Below the pieces are notes generated by a model that had not been told where the DNA came from, made no database searches, and saw only the letters and a program-made list of their open reading frames with translations. DNA of 64,000 nt, from positions 8,370,001-8,434,000 of the forward strand of contig OU015567.1 in assembly GCA_907165135.1 (NCBI GenBank). The letters run 5' to 3'. A program made the position numbers and the translations under genes. Of this stretch, positions 22,041 through 35,256 are shown piece by piece. This DNA is from Oikopleura dioica. Taxonomy: Eukaryota > Animalia > Chordata. Position 1 is the stretch's first letter. The number at the start of each line of letters is the position of its first letter.

Positions 22041-24569
22041 CTATTTGATGCTATCTGATATCATAGAAATTTGGAAACACTCGAAAATTCTTGGTCGTAG
22101 TTGGAAGAAAATGTTTGGAATGTTGCTGTTTAATTATATTTTATTGAAGAATTCTTCAAAAACCCTGCAGAACAGCATTTTTCTCGCCTTAGTTCCAAAT
22201 GCAAAGAGCCAAATTCCACACACTTACAGCACAATTGCTAGTCCAAAACGCGGTTCTCAAAACTGGTTTAGAACGTTTATCCGAAAAAATGCGCGAATAT
22301 TTCTCGAAAGAAATTGACGTGAATAGAGCACAACCACTGGGGGTTTGTATCCCTACGGAATGTGGCAATATTTCTGTGGCGAGAGTTCGCATTCATGTGG
22401 CGATCAATAAGGTCGCGAGAGGGAAAAAACGATGCGTGTGTCCTTCTCTTTGTCGGTAGGACGAGAAAAAGGTCAGTCGGGGAACACTTTTGGTCGGAAG
22501 AATATCCGGTTTTCGTGAGTATAAGAAGAATGGAAAAATGACGTGTTGCAGGAAGAAGAGTCGTTTTTCCCATCAATTCAACTGTTTTCACCTCAATCTT
22601 GGATTTAAATGCCCTCCAATTAGCCATTTTATCAACAAAAGAGAAAATGAGAGAAATCGGTTTAACTTTGTTTTGCCAATTGAAATTGGGTCTTATGATG
22701 TCACAAAAGTTGTTTCTCCCAAAATTGTCACTGCGGGTATTTTCGCTGGCAATTACCCATTATTTTGGAATAAATCAACCGCATGGACTTTTCAAACAAT
22801 GTTTCTAGGGCGCTTCCTCCAAACCTCGGCGGATTTCTTTCTGAATCTGACGGTCGGCTAAGCGTCCAAGGAATCAGCCACACGGAAGGGATTACACCTC
22901 GGAGATAAGCAAGAACTTATTCGGCTGCCGAAAATCATCGTCTTCAACGAGCTTCGATTCTGATTGGTTTACATTGGCACCTGTGGATAAGCGTTCAGAC
23001 TAATTTTATCGTCAAATGGTTTATATTTGACTACTGCTCATCTTTTTACTAGCACTTTTGCGCGAATTTCACTGAATTTACGCATAGAGGTCCCTGAAGG
23101 GTCCTCCAAAGCTCTGAACATCAATCTGGACTTGTTGAAAAACCGCGCTGCCAGCTGATGACGAGTCTGTGATCCTTCACTTACGAATTATCATTTTTCT
23201 ACCAGCCACTTCTATAACCAGAAGTACAGAATGAAGATAGAAGCTCTTCTCCTGATTCCTACATGCTTAGACATTTGCACCTGCTTCGACATGACATTTG
23301 CGACGGGCGACACTGACTACTGCGACATTTGAACATGGGGCGGGAGAAATCAAAATCAAAATTCAAGGGGTTATGGAGACAGGCACCCGTTGATAGTCAA
23401 GGCTACGTTCAAGCCCTTATCTCAAGCTGAAAGACCGCCAAAGTGCTTAAGTATTCGCACGAAGTCCAGCAGCAGAATTAGCGTTCGAACTCGTATTTCA
23501 AGAGGAATTGTACTTAGCCGCGATCCTGGATCAGAGATAGTGCAAATGCAGACAAAAAACACATTTGATTTTTATTTTAAATACGCGGCGTTGAAAACAA
23601 AGCCAGTCGGAAAACAACCGCCGACCACCTCAAATGACCTTTTCCAAGGCACGCCGAAAAACTCGTGGTCGCCCGACGCTGCTGGCTGACGATCAGATTT
23701 GGGTCAAGCCGAGGACTCCCTCAGAAGATTATAAATAAAGAGATCTACTTCTAAAAAACACCTCTTTATCAATTCGAAAAATAAGAGTTAGGCATTCTTC
23801 AACCTAAATGGCTTTACTAGAAAAGCTAAAAATTGAAATTGCAAAAGTGTCTACCCACTTTGCCAAGTAATTATGTCCACCAAAAAGGGCGCTTTGGAGT
23901 TCCACCTCCAAAACCCTATTGTAAGGTCTTGAACCATCCTATTTTCATAATCCCAAAGAAAAAATGTGGATAACTGTTGCGGAAAATCATCTTGTGTATC
24001 TGAATACAGATTCGAAAAAAGCTTATTTAATGAAAAATCGAGCCACGTTATGTTTAATATAAATATGAGCCACGTTAAGGTTATGTCATTATATAGACAA
24101 TTTGAAGAGGCTTGAGTAATTAAAGATATATAGGAACAACTAGCAGAAGGTGAAAGATGAGCGGCCTTATTTGTAAAGACACGAGAACTCAAGCACTTTC
24201 ACAAAAACCCAAGCGGAACCCTCTAATCTCACCGTGGGCTTGTTGCATCCACGTGCATCCTTGCCATGGTAAATTGTATGTTTTCTCAGGTCCCATTGAA
24301 TTGGCACTTCCGATACTACTGCCACATGCGATTCTACCAACGTGCATGTTTACGGCACCGATTCGAGGAAAACTCAAATTCCTGGAGCACAACAACATCT
24401 TTCAATCCTGCAAATTAAAATGAACTTTTTAAATAATATGATCATGTCCGAAATTAACCCTAACCCCAAATAAAGAATATTGGAATTTAGACTCCTCGAA
24501 ATAAAATCAAAGAAATCAGATTACTTTCCTGGTTTCCGAAACAGCGACACTTGTAGTCAATATTTATGT

Positions 24570-25555
24570 ACGATCCAAGAGCCACCCTGTTTTTATCTTC
24601 AAGATGAAATCGCCTCCCTCCTTTTCCTCGTCTTCCTGAAAGCGATGTGGTTGAAATTCTGAAAAAAGAAGCGTTCGAAAATTGCAGCTCGAAAAATAAT
24701 TGCCATTCATTAACAGACGTTGCTTTCATAACTCCTGCCGAAACACGTAAAATTTCCGAGTCACAAATCATCCTGACTTTCCCCAAAAGTTTGAAAGCGA
24801 AGATGAAAAAAAAGATGATCGTTGCTCTTATCTAAGTCTAATCGCTTAGGAAAATATTTTTGAAAGTTACTCAAAGTTTCAAACCATTCTTTTCAGTAGC
24901 AGCGCGCGGTTGTTTTTGCACGACATTATCACTTCTTTGCGGCAATTCTTCTTTCTGAAATACGTGTTAACCAACGACTTCAAGGATGGAAATAGCGGTG
25001 GATTCCAGTGGACTTTACAAGCCTGCTTTCGTCGTCATCCGCAACTGATTAAACCGGAAAATATTTAAAAGGATAAATGTTTCTTTCTTTTAGTTGGGAG
25101 ATGGCATGGCCTGGAAACAGGTCCTAGAAATTAATTGGGATATTTGATTCGATCAAGTTGCAGGAAACCAAATTCATAACTCGATCGATTTCATAAAAAT
25201 TAAATTCAGATATTTTCAAGAATCAGCAGAGTCACTCAAAATTCTAAGAAAAACTCTTCATTTGGTAAAAACTGATCGATTTAAAACTTCTTCTCGCTCA
25301 ATTCAAAAAACGATCATTGAACGCGGAAGCCAATTATGCTCGCTCTGCCGGAACTGGAAATCCGGGCAGAGGGTTCTTGAGAGCCTTGTGGCGAGCGATC
25401 TTTTCTATAATATTTATTTCACTGTTGATAAATATTTCCTCTCTGAGAGACGCGGCCAAGGATATTCAGAATTTCAGAACGGGTCTTGCTTTCATCGAAA
25501 AGATAGTTTGTCATGAGCCGAGCTTACAGAGACCCTTGACTGAAAAATACAGTAA
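24570..25555 (+). other. Probable multi-exon gene or pseudogene of unknown function
   Basis: A succession of short open segments bounded by AG/GT sites, e.g. acceptors at 24897, 25092 and 25209 and donors at 25121, 25265 and 25552. No family recognised. Confidence 0.3.
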
Positions 25556-26802
25556 GTCAAACTCGTCAAATTCAATCACTTTTCCATAAATTGTTTGACA
25601 GAAAACGTGTGCTATCTCCATCCCCTCTGTCAAATCACTTAGCTGTGGCGTGAGTCTTGTCGCTGGTGCTTAGAGATTACCCCAAAAAAATCAAAGAAAA
25701 AGCTCCTGGTGAATTATGCGGTCATATTTGTTCATTGCTCCAGTGAAGAGGGAGGTCCGGGTATTGGATGATCTTTGGAGAAAAAAACACGTGGGTTTCA
25801 GCTTTTGGAATAAAAACTTTTTTGATGAAACCAGACGGTTGGTACGTCATGACGATAAATTCCAAGCTGAAGAGTTATTAAACTCGCTTCAAGAAAAAAC
25901 CCAGTTTTCATCATCTCTCTGGAAAGATTCCAGGATAAATTTACTGATAATCAGTTTCACAGTATTATGAACAAGGAAGTAGGAATGTTACGAGTTTGGG
26001 GGACTTAACGAATCGAAACAAAGAGGCAAGGCCAGCGAAGGAAGGAGAGTCCGGTTTATCAAACAAGCGCTAATGGTTCCCGACAGGTCGACCTGTAGCA
26101 CGAATTCTTCCCCCTCATTTTCAGAACCTCGTTAACCCAAGAAAGGAATCATTCTGTGAGGACAGGTGATTAGCTTCACTCAGCATTTTTTAAATATTTA
26201 AAGATTTCAGCAAGGAAAATTTTTAGTCTTGCAACCTCATTTTGACACGTGTGATACAATATTTGAACGTTGATCATTTTTCTAGAGCCTCTGACTGACA
26301 CTTGATTCAGGACTTTAATTTCAAGTGTTGGTTGATCCAATTTTTGAATAAAAAGATAATTTAACACGTCAAGTTTCGTTCTTTTCGACTCATAAAGTTC
26401 AACTCAAAATTATTGTGAAAGATTCCGGTTAGCCCGTTTCGCTGATTTAGCCACTTAGACGTTCATATTTTGCCAATACGAAAATTTTTCGCAGGGTAAT
26501 TTTAATTGACTGCCACGTTTCAGAAAAAAAAATGAGTGAGAAAAATAGATTTCTACGGAACTTACAAGGAGAACTGAGCGAAAAATGATTACCATCTGAA
26601 GAGGCGGAAACATGAGCTAGGATGATGAATATTTCATCGCTCTCGCCAATGTTCAAATCACTATCTTTTACGAAGTCATTGTTTGAAACTCAATCTCAAG
26701 TAGGATCGTCTAACCCAAAAAAAAATAAGGTGAGGCTCATGGTGAAATCGATTATTTTTCCAAATTTCCGAAGACTGAAAAAAGACTCTTCTTCCCTGTT
26801 AA

Positions 26803-27185
26803 GGGGGTAGATATCAAGAATCGGATTTCCCGTCAGTGTTTTCTCAATTTTTTTACATAGTGACCCCCTTATTTTTTCTGCTCAAAATTGATTTCAGACA
26901 ATTATCTATTTCCTATGGAAGCCAAAAATTTAGATTTCTTGAGCTTTCGAGGTGCTACAATGCAAATCTGGCACCTCCGATTGTCGCCAAAATGACCATT
27001 TTAGGAAAGTTAGCAATCTTTGACGAAAAATTTTGTTAAAAATTTTTTTGAAATTCGAAATTTTAGCTTCCATAGGAAATAGAGAAAGGTCTAAAGTTTC
27101 GTTTCCAAAGAAAAATAAGGGTGTCACTATTTTAACTTTGGGAGAAAAGTCTGACAGAAAATCCCGATTCTTGATATCTACCTCC
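26803..27185. mobile_element. 383-bp MITE with TTAA target site and GG termini (Kolobok-like)
   Basis: TTAA|GGGGGTAGATATCAAGAATCGG ... CCGATTCTTGATATCTACCTCC|TTAA, with further internal inverted blocks (ATAGTGAC/GTCACTAT; TCTATTTCCTATGGAAGC/GCTTCCATAGGAAATAGA). Confidence 0.85.
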
Positions 27186-27200
27186 TTAAAAGGCTAGAAG

Positions 27201-27286
27201 TTGGGCTCAAAAACTTGAGTCAGGATTTGAAAAAGCTTTGATAAAACCTGGCTCTTTCGAATCCTGAGTCAGGTTTTCGAGCCCAA
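27201..27286. repeat. Short palindromic dispersed repeat, family copy 1
   Basis: TTGGGCTC-AAAAACTTGAGTCAGGATT ... AATCCTGAGTCAGGTTTT-CGAGCCCAA. Confidence 0.7.
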
Positions 27287-29302
27287 GCCGCTAATAGGTC
27301 AGGCTAACCGTTAACGCTGCCTGTCCCCTTAAGTAGCTCGATAAACACCTTGTAATTTGGCGAAAATTTAAGCAGAAGCATTAGCAGAGCGAGCGTCAGG
27401 ACGCACATAAATTATTAGAAACTCTGCCCGGCAAGTTGATAGACGATAACGCTAATTGGCTAAACAACTTGTCAGAAGTATTGCAGGGGTCGCTTATGCA
27501 ATCAGATAAACCGGTTGCCGAGCACCGGTAATTTTCTCACCTTTCTCGACACCTGTACGTTTATCAGACGACTCTTTTCCTGGATTTTTACGCCTCTGTT
27601 CAAGGAAAATGAAAAGATGGAATTATCAGCAAAAGCTGAATTGCTAGTTGTCATTATCTACACGTGAATTGGCACTTTTTGGAACTCCGAGATAGCGAAG
27701 AAAGCAAGTTCCGTGATTTTTACCGTTGTTTTTTTTACTGTAGATTCGCACGTTAAAAATTCCAGGTAATTGTGACTCTGTGATGTAAACATGAGCTGGG
27801 GCGATTCTGGGCTGTGGTGGATAAGCTGGCGATATGATCGGAGGGAATTTTGAATCGACTTTAGGTCGAAAATCCGCCTCAATTGCAGCTGAAGGAGTTT
27901 CTTTCGAGGCTTGATCAGATTCCGACAATATGATAAACTTAGTGACCGTAAAGCACCTCTAAACGGATTTCGCCAGGACCATTATTACCCGCAGCACGGT
28001 TTCGAATAATAGAGGAAAATTTCTCACTTAGAGATTTTTTACTTAGAGATTTCTTAAATTTTAAGCAAATAAAAAGAGGAAAAAACATCGAAAATTATCG
28101 AAAATCAAAATTTGGGAAAATAAAAAATTATAAATTTTATGAAAAAATTAAAAAATAAGAAAATAAATGGAATTTTCAATATTTAGAATCGAAAAAAAGA
28201 GAATTTTTTTCTATATGTTTTTCCCAACGGTAAAAAAATCAGTTGATCGAAATCATTGATTTCGAAGAAATCAAGACCAACCGACTTTCTTTTTTTATTG
28301 CAATAAATCTTTCAGTTCAACTCCCGCTGAGTTCGATTTTAATTCGAATCAGCAAAAATAAAACAAAATTGAAGAACAAAAAATTCTAAATAAACGAAAG
28401 AGAAAGCGCTAATTAACAAAACGTGATTAAGTCGAAGTGAAAGAAAATCTTTTGCAAAGCGGGGTTTATTTAAGAATCGATGTAAGAGCTCTTTAACTAG
28501 GCCAATTGATCACAATACTACTGTTTCAAAACAAACAAGCCTCGTCCTAACCTTCCTTGGCCCTCGCTGTTAGGTTGAGGCTCCCTGCCAGCTCGCGAGC
28601 GGCCCCTTGGTCTTTTAATGGCGTCGTGGCGCCACCAAGCATTGCTCAAGTTGTGTCCCTTAATCGCCGCCGGCCACGAAAAAGAGCTCCGACCCGCCTC
28701 AACTGAGCGACCCCAGCAAGAAGCTTCACCATCCTTGGTGCATAATATTTTCGTGAAAAATATAAACCGAAGCATTTCCCATTTTCGATATTTTTTTAAA
28801 ACGATTGACAGACACCTGATTCTTAGAGATTTGAAAAGAAGAAGAACAGAGAATGAATAGCCGACACTGAATGCTACTAGGACCGGGTTTATGACGATTC
28901 CATAGAATTAATTTTTGTTAATTCAAAAAAATAAATTCTTTAATTTTCTCATGAAAAAATTGAGAAAAAATATTTTTATTTGGCAATCAACATTTAAATA
29001 AAAACAAAATTAATATTTGGGAATTTAATAAAATGAAAATAATTGAATTATTTTATTTAAATTAAATAAGATGAAGAAAAAATATATTTTTATAATGTAA
29101 CGAATTAATTTTTAATTAGAATATATTTTTTCGATTATTTTTTTTACATAATTTCGTAAAAAGATTATTTTTAATTTTTTTTTTAAATCATTTTTTTTGA
29201 AATGACAAGAACCCTAAATCAGCGTTATTAAACGAAGATGCAGAAAAGTAATTTTCGATAAAAGAAAAGAAGCAAGAAACAGAGAGAAAGAAGAAAACAG
29301 AA

Positions 29303-30367
29303 ATGAGTGAGCCCGAAACTGGGCAGCTTCGGGGAGACGCGCCCAGCGGCGTGTCTCCTACCATCGCCAACGCCACGTGCTCATTGACAGAAGACTTCTA
29401 TCAGCCATTGGACTCGATCTTTTACTTTCGAGATGGAGATGGAAAAATAGTCGATATTTACGAATCAGTCGCGCCGGTGGATACGCAAGTTGTCTTTGAA
29501 TGCAAAGTTAAGGGTATACAATGCATTATCAAAATTAAATGCGCCCCTTCTTTTTCTGTTGGATATTGATTTTGAATGAACCCTTGCTCTAAAGGAAGAA
29601 GAAAAATAGTCGAAAAATATTTAGATTTCTGCAATAAAGGGAAAAGAGTCGAGGCTTTCTGGCAATAATTGTAAAAGAAACAATTCGATGAAAAATTTTG
29701 AGACAAGTTGAATATTTTTGAGACCATGTCAAAATTTATTTTCCCGATAATTTTTATACTCTTTTGACACCCTTAATAATATTTACTAATTATTTGCAAA
29801 TTCAGGATTGAGAATCTCAAATTTAAGATCACGTGATTCTAAAAATCACCATTTGATCTAGATTTCTAGTGTTTTTATGGTTTTCTTTCGAATGAGATAT
29901 TGAAAAAGGCATCTAAAGATTGCACTTGGTAATCATTAATCAAAAACCTCTAAAACCCCCGTCTAAATTGGGGATTACTCACTGTTCTTAATATCAAAGG
30001 GGCGCTAATTTTCAACCCTTGGAAAGATTCGAAGGCGAAGACAGCCTTCAGAAGATGCCAATCCGATGGAACTTGGTCAACTCAAAGTCAAGCAATTTCC
30101 TGCGACAAGTGGCGTTACTGGGCGGCAGTGATCGCTGCTGCTACCAGTGCCGTTATTGTCGTCGTTCTTTTAATTTATTTTACATGTTCTGCGTATAACA
30201 AGCGCAAAAAAAGGAAGTATATAGCTAGGCAGGAGCGCGTGCGCGAGCAGGATCACGTGATGATGCGCAACGAGAATTTTGTACGAACGAATTTCCGATC
30301 ACTTCCACTCTCACTTCATCCAGACGCCTCTGCCCCGGAAGAGGAGGAAGTCGTTGTTCAAAATTGA
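29303..30367 (+). CDS. Single Sushi/CCP-domain transmembrane protein, SUSD3-like; 2 exons
   Basis: Exons 29303-29513 and 30000-30367 (phase 1) give NATCSL...APVDTQVVFECKVKG...RRCQSDGTWS...SCDK, then TM AAVIAAATSAVIVVVLLIYFTC and stop-transfer KRKKRK. There is no signal peptide, as in SUSD3. Confidence 0.75.
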
Positions 30368-31266
30368 AATTGCTCGCAATTCTGAACTGATTGCCTCCTA
30401 AATCTTCCAAAGCTCGAAACTCGAGCACTGTACATGTAAGTATTTGAAAATGGCCCATCCTGGATGAGTTAGGGTTAGGGTTAGGCCATCCATAAAAATA
30501 ATTCATCATAGATTCCTTATTGAAGACCTCTCTTGTAACTTCTTTCAAAAACAAAAAAGCCGCTTGCGGCTTCGAGCCGACATTCGTAGCGCGGCTTGGA
30601 TAGGTCAAGATTTGAATTAATCGAGTGACACCCTTATTTTTTATTTGGCATGAATTCGAGGAGGAAAAGTTTTTCATTCTTTTATTCTTTTATTTCAAAT
30701 TATGCGAATTCAGTTCTAATATTGAATTTTAGAGATCAAACAAATCACATCGACAACAGCCGGAGCCCAACGTGGACAACTTGTGAAGACAAAAAACTAA
30801 GAAAAAACCAAAGTGAAAACAGATCGATTTCCGAATTGAATCTTTCAACGAAAAAAAATCTCTGAACGAAACTTTCGATAAAAAACGTTTCTTGATGTAA
30901 GATAACACCCCCAATTCTGCACCGTGGAAAACACAGAAAAATTAATAAAATTAAATCGTCCATGTTTCTAGCATGAAAAGCTAGAAGCTGACGATTTTTG
31001 TGCTAAACAACAAACGAGAGTTAGTATTCGGAATGATTGGTATTGCAGGCTTGATTATTGCCAATTCTATAGCGCCAAGTCGAGAAACGGCGCAGTCGGC
31101 AAAGAAGCATTTTAGAAGGCTATTTTGACTCGCAACAAATGGCAAGCATGACAAACTGAATGCTCAATAAAACTGAGTAAAAACATTAGTAAAATAACAA
31201 CGCGCTCTTATTACTAAAAATTCGCAGTATTGAAAGAAAACGCAAGCTTCGGGCAAACCTGTGGAG

Positions 31267-31316
31267 AAAACCTGAGTCAGGATTCAAAAGAGCCGAACGA
31301 TCCTGACTCAGGTTTT
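31267..31316. repeat. Short palindromic dispersed repeat, family copy 2
   Basis: AAAACCTGAGTCAGGAT ... ATCCTGACTCAGGTTTT, a perfect 17-bp inverted repeat. Confidence 0.75.
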
Positions 31317-34300
31317 TAACACTGGTCTACACAGGCCTGGAAGAAAAGATAATGAATAATAACCGATCAAATAACTTTCAAATCAGAAATTTTCCGCAGC
31401 GACGAAAAAATAATGCGAAATTTCATGGGCATGACATTGACAGTCACAGTGTTTCCTGCACGCTGATCCAGCAGCAAAAGCGGCATTGCGCGGATCACAA
31501 ATTCACCAAGACCGCTGCCCCTGAATTTTTCGAATTGAACATCTGAGGAGTTGATCAGGCAGCTTTCGCCTTGAATAAAGGGTCGAAGGAGAGGCCCAGA
31601 AAACATGCGTAAATCCGCTTTGCTGCCTGATGTCATTTCCGCAAAAGGACAACATGGGAGAATCATATTGGATCAAACGCAATCTGATAAATGAGCGAAA
31701 CATGTCCGAGATAATCTTCGACAACGGATCGGATAAATAATTTCAATCATTTAGGGACCGCAATGAAGAATCCGATTCTCGGAAAATGCAGAATATTCTG
31801 GACGAGAATTATATTTATTATTCTGATTGATTTTCAAGTGTCTTTTCTTAAAAAAATTGCTTAAAAATATGCATTTCTGTTCATTCTAAACTGTCTCGCA
31901 ATTCTTTCTGGACATAAAAAACGCCATGCCGCTGCTAAGTTGAGCTCTTTTTCCAACTGCGTCACTAGAAAATTATCCTTCATACCAACTGCAAGTGGTT
32001 CGCCCAGATGCTCAAACACTATGTTTTCTAAGAGAAGTTAGAGTCGAGAAAATTATGAATTTTTGAATTTTAAAAACTATTTTGATGGAAAGCATTTTTG
32101 AACTAAACTGACCAAGTCGACGATCGCCACATTATGAGCGGACATGAGAAACCGGCCATGGTCAGAAGCACTTGATGAAATCGGAGCTACGAGTAAGTTC
32201 CATGCGGCCCAGCTATGCTGTCGGCGTAAGTGTTCGTCTCCCGAGAAGTCAAATATTTTCGCCTTCACGAATCTTTTCCGCGAAAAAAGCTCCATCAATC
32301 AATGAAAAAAATCACTGAAAAATCACTTTCGAAAAATTCCCCGAAAGTTGTCTAAGGGGCACCTCGCAGGGTTCATAAGCCGGTTTCCTTAGGTGTAGAA
32401 AAGCCGCTCAGCGCGGTTGGTCAAAGTCCTGCCGCACTTGAGCCCGAGAGGCTTCGAAAAGCAATGCTGGCTTTAGACGATCGAGCAAAAAAATACTTTT
32501 TGCAGTTCAAAAGAAATCAAAATAGAGTCTTCCTTTGGTGCAATGAAGAAAAAATTCATAGCTAAAATTTTTTTATTTGAGAGTTTTGGAAATCGACTGT
32601 ATTATAAAATTTCGAGGAAAAATTTTATAATAAAAGCTTATCACGCGACTTGGTAAGTGTTAGATTGTCAAGTGGCCAAGAAGAATAGCCAAGTTATCAG
32701 AGCAGATAAATATAATACCCACTTAAAAATAGGAAGTTCTTATCTCTCGTAATAAAATCACTCTTTTTTCATGAGGATTCTTAGTATCAGAAGTCCGCCA
32801 CTTCAGATAATAAAATCAACACTTGGGGAAAAATTCCGCGAAGAAAAAAAAAGACTCTATTAGGAGAAAGTCGACTTCGTGAGGTGAAAATGATTTCATG
32901 CATCGAAACCGATAATTTCATTGTGTTAAATTAATGACGCCTAAAGAGCGAGAAGGTGGAGATCTCTAAGAAACTGATGCAGCTACTAATTCATCGAAGA
33001 ACGGTTTTTCATCGTTGCACTTGGTGCTGGATGGCACTCTATCTCTCATTCGAAGTTCTAAAAGTTCTCCACTCAAATATAGAGTGGCTAATAACTGCTC
33101 AAAGTCGAGCCACGTGCGTAATGGATGGGACTGATCCCAGCGGTACTCTTTTTTTCAAACTCTAAAAGCACTTCCAAAACCAAAAAGAAATCTTTTTTTG
33201 TTTATAGAAAGTATTTCGGGTAAAAGTGCCAGCGATGCTGATAACATGCTCACAAGTCAATGGGGTTATCGCGAGTTTTAAAGGACAAAAGCGAGGAGTT
33301 TTGAACTTTTTATTTTGAAAAAAAGCTTTCTCTAGGTAGGCCCCCTTCTAGGTGCGGTACTGTGCGGAGACGATAATCTCCTGTTATTGAATTATGTCAC
33401 TCTCCTTATCAGTTATCTCCTACATCGGACTCCAATCTACTCTGGAATCCGGGCCTTGACTTTATTCTACCGGAGCCGCAACGAAATTGCCGGACGAAAA
33501 TGACACCGATCAGATCCGTTTATGGGCCCTTCGATTCCTACAATAAAGGAATACCGCGTCCAGTCCGCTACCGGTAGATTAAATCTGATTTTATTGCGAT
33601 CTTGAGGAAATTGAGAGTGGTGCTCACTTAGCCGCGGCGCAGCACTTTGGCATCTAGGATGGTTGATGGCGGGAACGTGGCCACTTCATCGACATGACGG
33701 GAACCGGATGGAGCATCCTCAACGAGCTATCCCGGATGTGGCAGATGGCAATTTTAAGTTCCAAATTGGAAACTAATTCAACATCACTAGCGGTCACAAC
33801 TATCATACCTAGATAACCTGAAAATGCATTTCAAAGTCTAACAGTCAGCAAAAAGCCGACCCCCGATGAGTTATAAAAATAACCGACAGGTGGTTACCAG
33901 TTATTCTACCGCTATTGGCAATAGCCTATTGCGGTGCGGCTAATGAGCCGTAGGTTACGCAGTGAATTAGCGAGATTACCGCGTTTGTTTATCAGTTACT
34001 GTCTTCTCCGGGATCGTCAATTTCGATGATGTTTTCTTTTATCGCTCGTCTTTGAATCATCCTTCTTAATCGGGCTGGGGATGAGCGGCTTAACTTTCTA
34101 AAAAAGCACGTTGGTAACGAGATGCAAGTTTTCTGGACGAAATTATCGGATAAAAATACATTGATAAGAAGCTCGTGAAAGTAGCTTGCCCACTCAAAAG
34201 AAGTACTGTTGGACAAACTTGCGTACTATGTACGAAACGGTGTATTTTAAAATAAAGTCAACGCAAAAAGGAGAGTTCGTCCGTAATCTACAAAAATAGC

Positions 34301-35089
34301 AATTTTACTTTTAGTTTATTTGACGTCATCTTGAGCAAAAGGTGCTCAAGAGTAACTCTTTCAGGGAAAAAACAGACTGTACATTTTCCCTACCAAAGCT
34401 AATACATTCAAAGAATCGAAAAAGCCTGGGTTTCCCGTGTAGTTATCGATGTACATAAGTATGAAGCCCGATAACATGAGGTTTTTCTGATATCTGTGGT
34501 TCCTAGAGCTCAAATGGAAAAAAATTGTATTTGAGATTGTAGATCCTGTACTGCAAACTGTTAATATTCTGGTTTTCCGAAAATAAGCCGAAATTTTTAC
34601 GCAAATAATTTTCTTGCTTTACTGAAGCTACGGCATTCTATCGGACTTCTTCTTAGTTGAAATCGGCTAAATGCGCCATTTCGAGAGCTAAATCCGCAAG
34701 ACGAGCAGAAAATCACGTGCAGAACGAAACCTGTTCACCGAAAATTGCAGCCGCGGATCAACAAAGATCGAGTCCCACTCGAGCAATTGCTCAACCAGAC
34801 GACTCACGCGAAGAAGCTCTTGAGCCAAACATTAAATTAACAGCGAAAGCGTACCATTCTCTCGGAAAAAATATGACTTCAAGATCCAAGAAAAGAAAAA
34901 GGGCGTCGACGTGTTCTTGGAATCACTTAAACTTCTTTGTAACAATTTACTCAAGTCGATTGATGATAAGGTCCCGTGATCAAAACTCGAGGAGGAAGTG
35001 TCGTGACACCCTTAGCTTTTCATTTTCGGGATTCGTTTCCTTTTCTTTGACAGTGGTGACAAACTTACTTATTCAGACTTTTGGATTAA

Positions 35090-35256
35090 TACAAAAAGAG
35101 ACGTTTTTATTACAAAAAAAGACGTTTTTATGCAAGAAGAGACGTTTTTAATACAAAAAGAGACGTTTTTTATACAAAAAGAGACGTTTTCGTTACAAAA
35201 AGAGACGTTTTAAATACAAAAAGAGACGTTTTAAATACAAAAAGAGACGTTTTTAC
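35090..35256. repeat. Minisatellite, ~8 copies of a 21-bp unit
   Basis: Consensus TACAAAAAGAGACGTTTTTAA repeated head to tail without spacers. Confidence 0.9.

Noticed and set aside
29919-29928. Possible 10-nt microexon (AG|ATTGCACTTG|GT) in the Sushi gene intron
   Set aside because: Inclusion would break the frame; direct splicing of 29513 to 30000 is already in frame.
30468-30485. (TTAGGG)2-TTAGG telomere-like run
   Set aside because: Too short to indicate a telomere or fusion site.
35090-35256. Regular 21-bp repeat as a possible CRISPR array
   Set aside because: No unique spacers, no cas genes and a eukaryotic context; it is a minisatellite.
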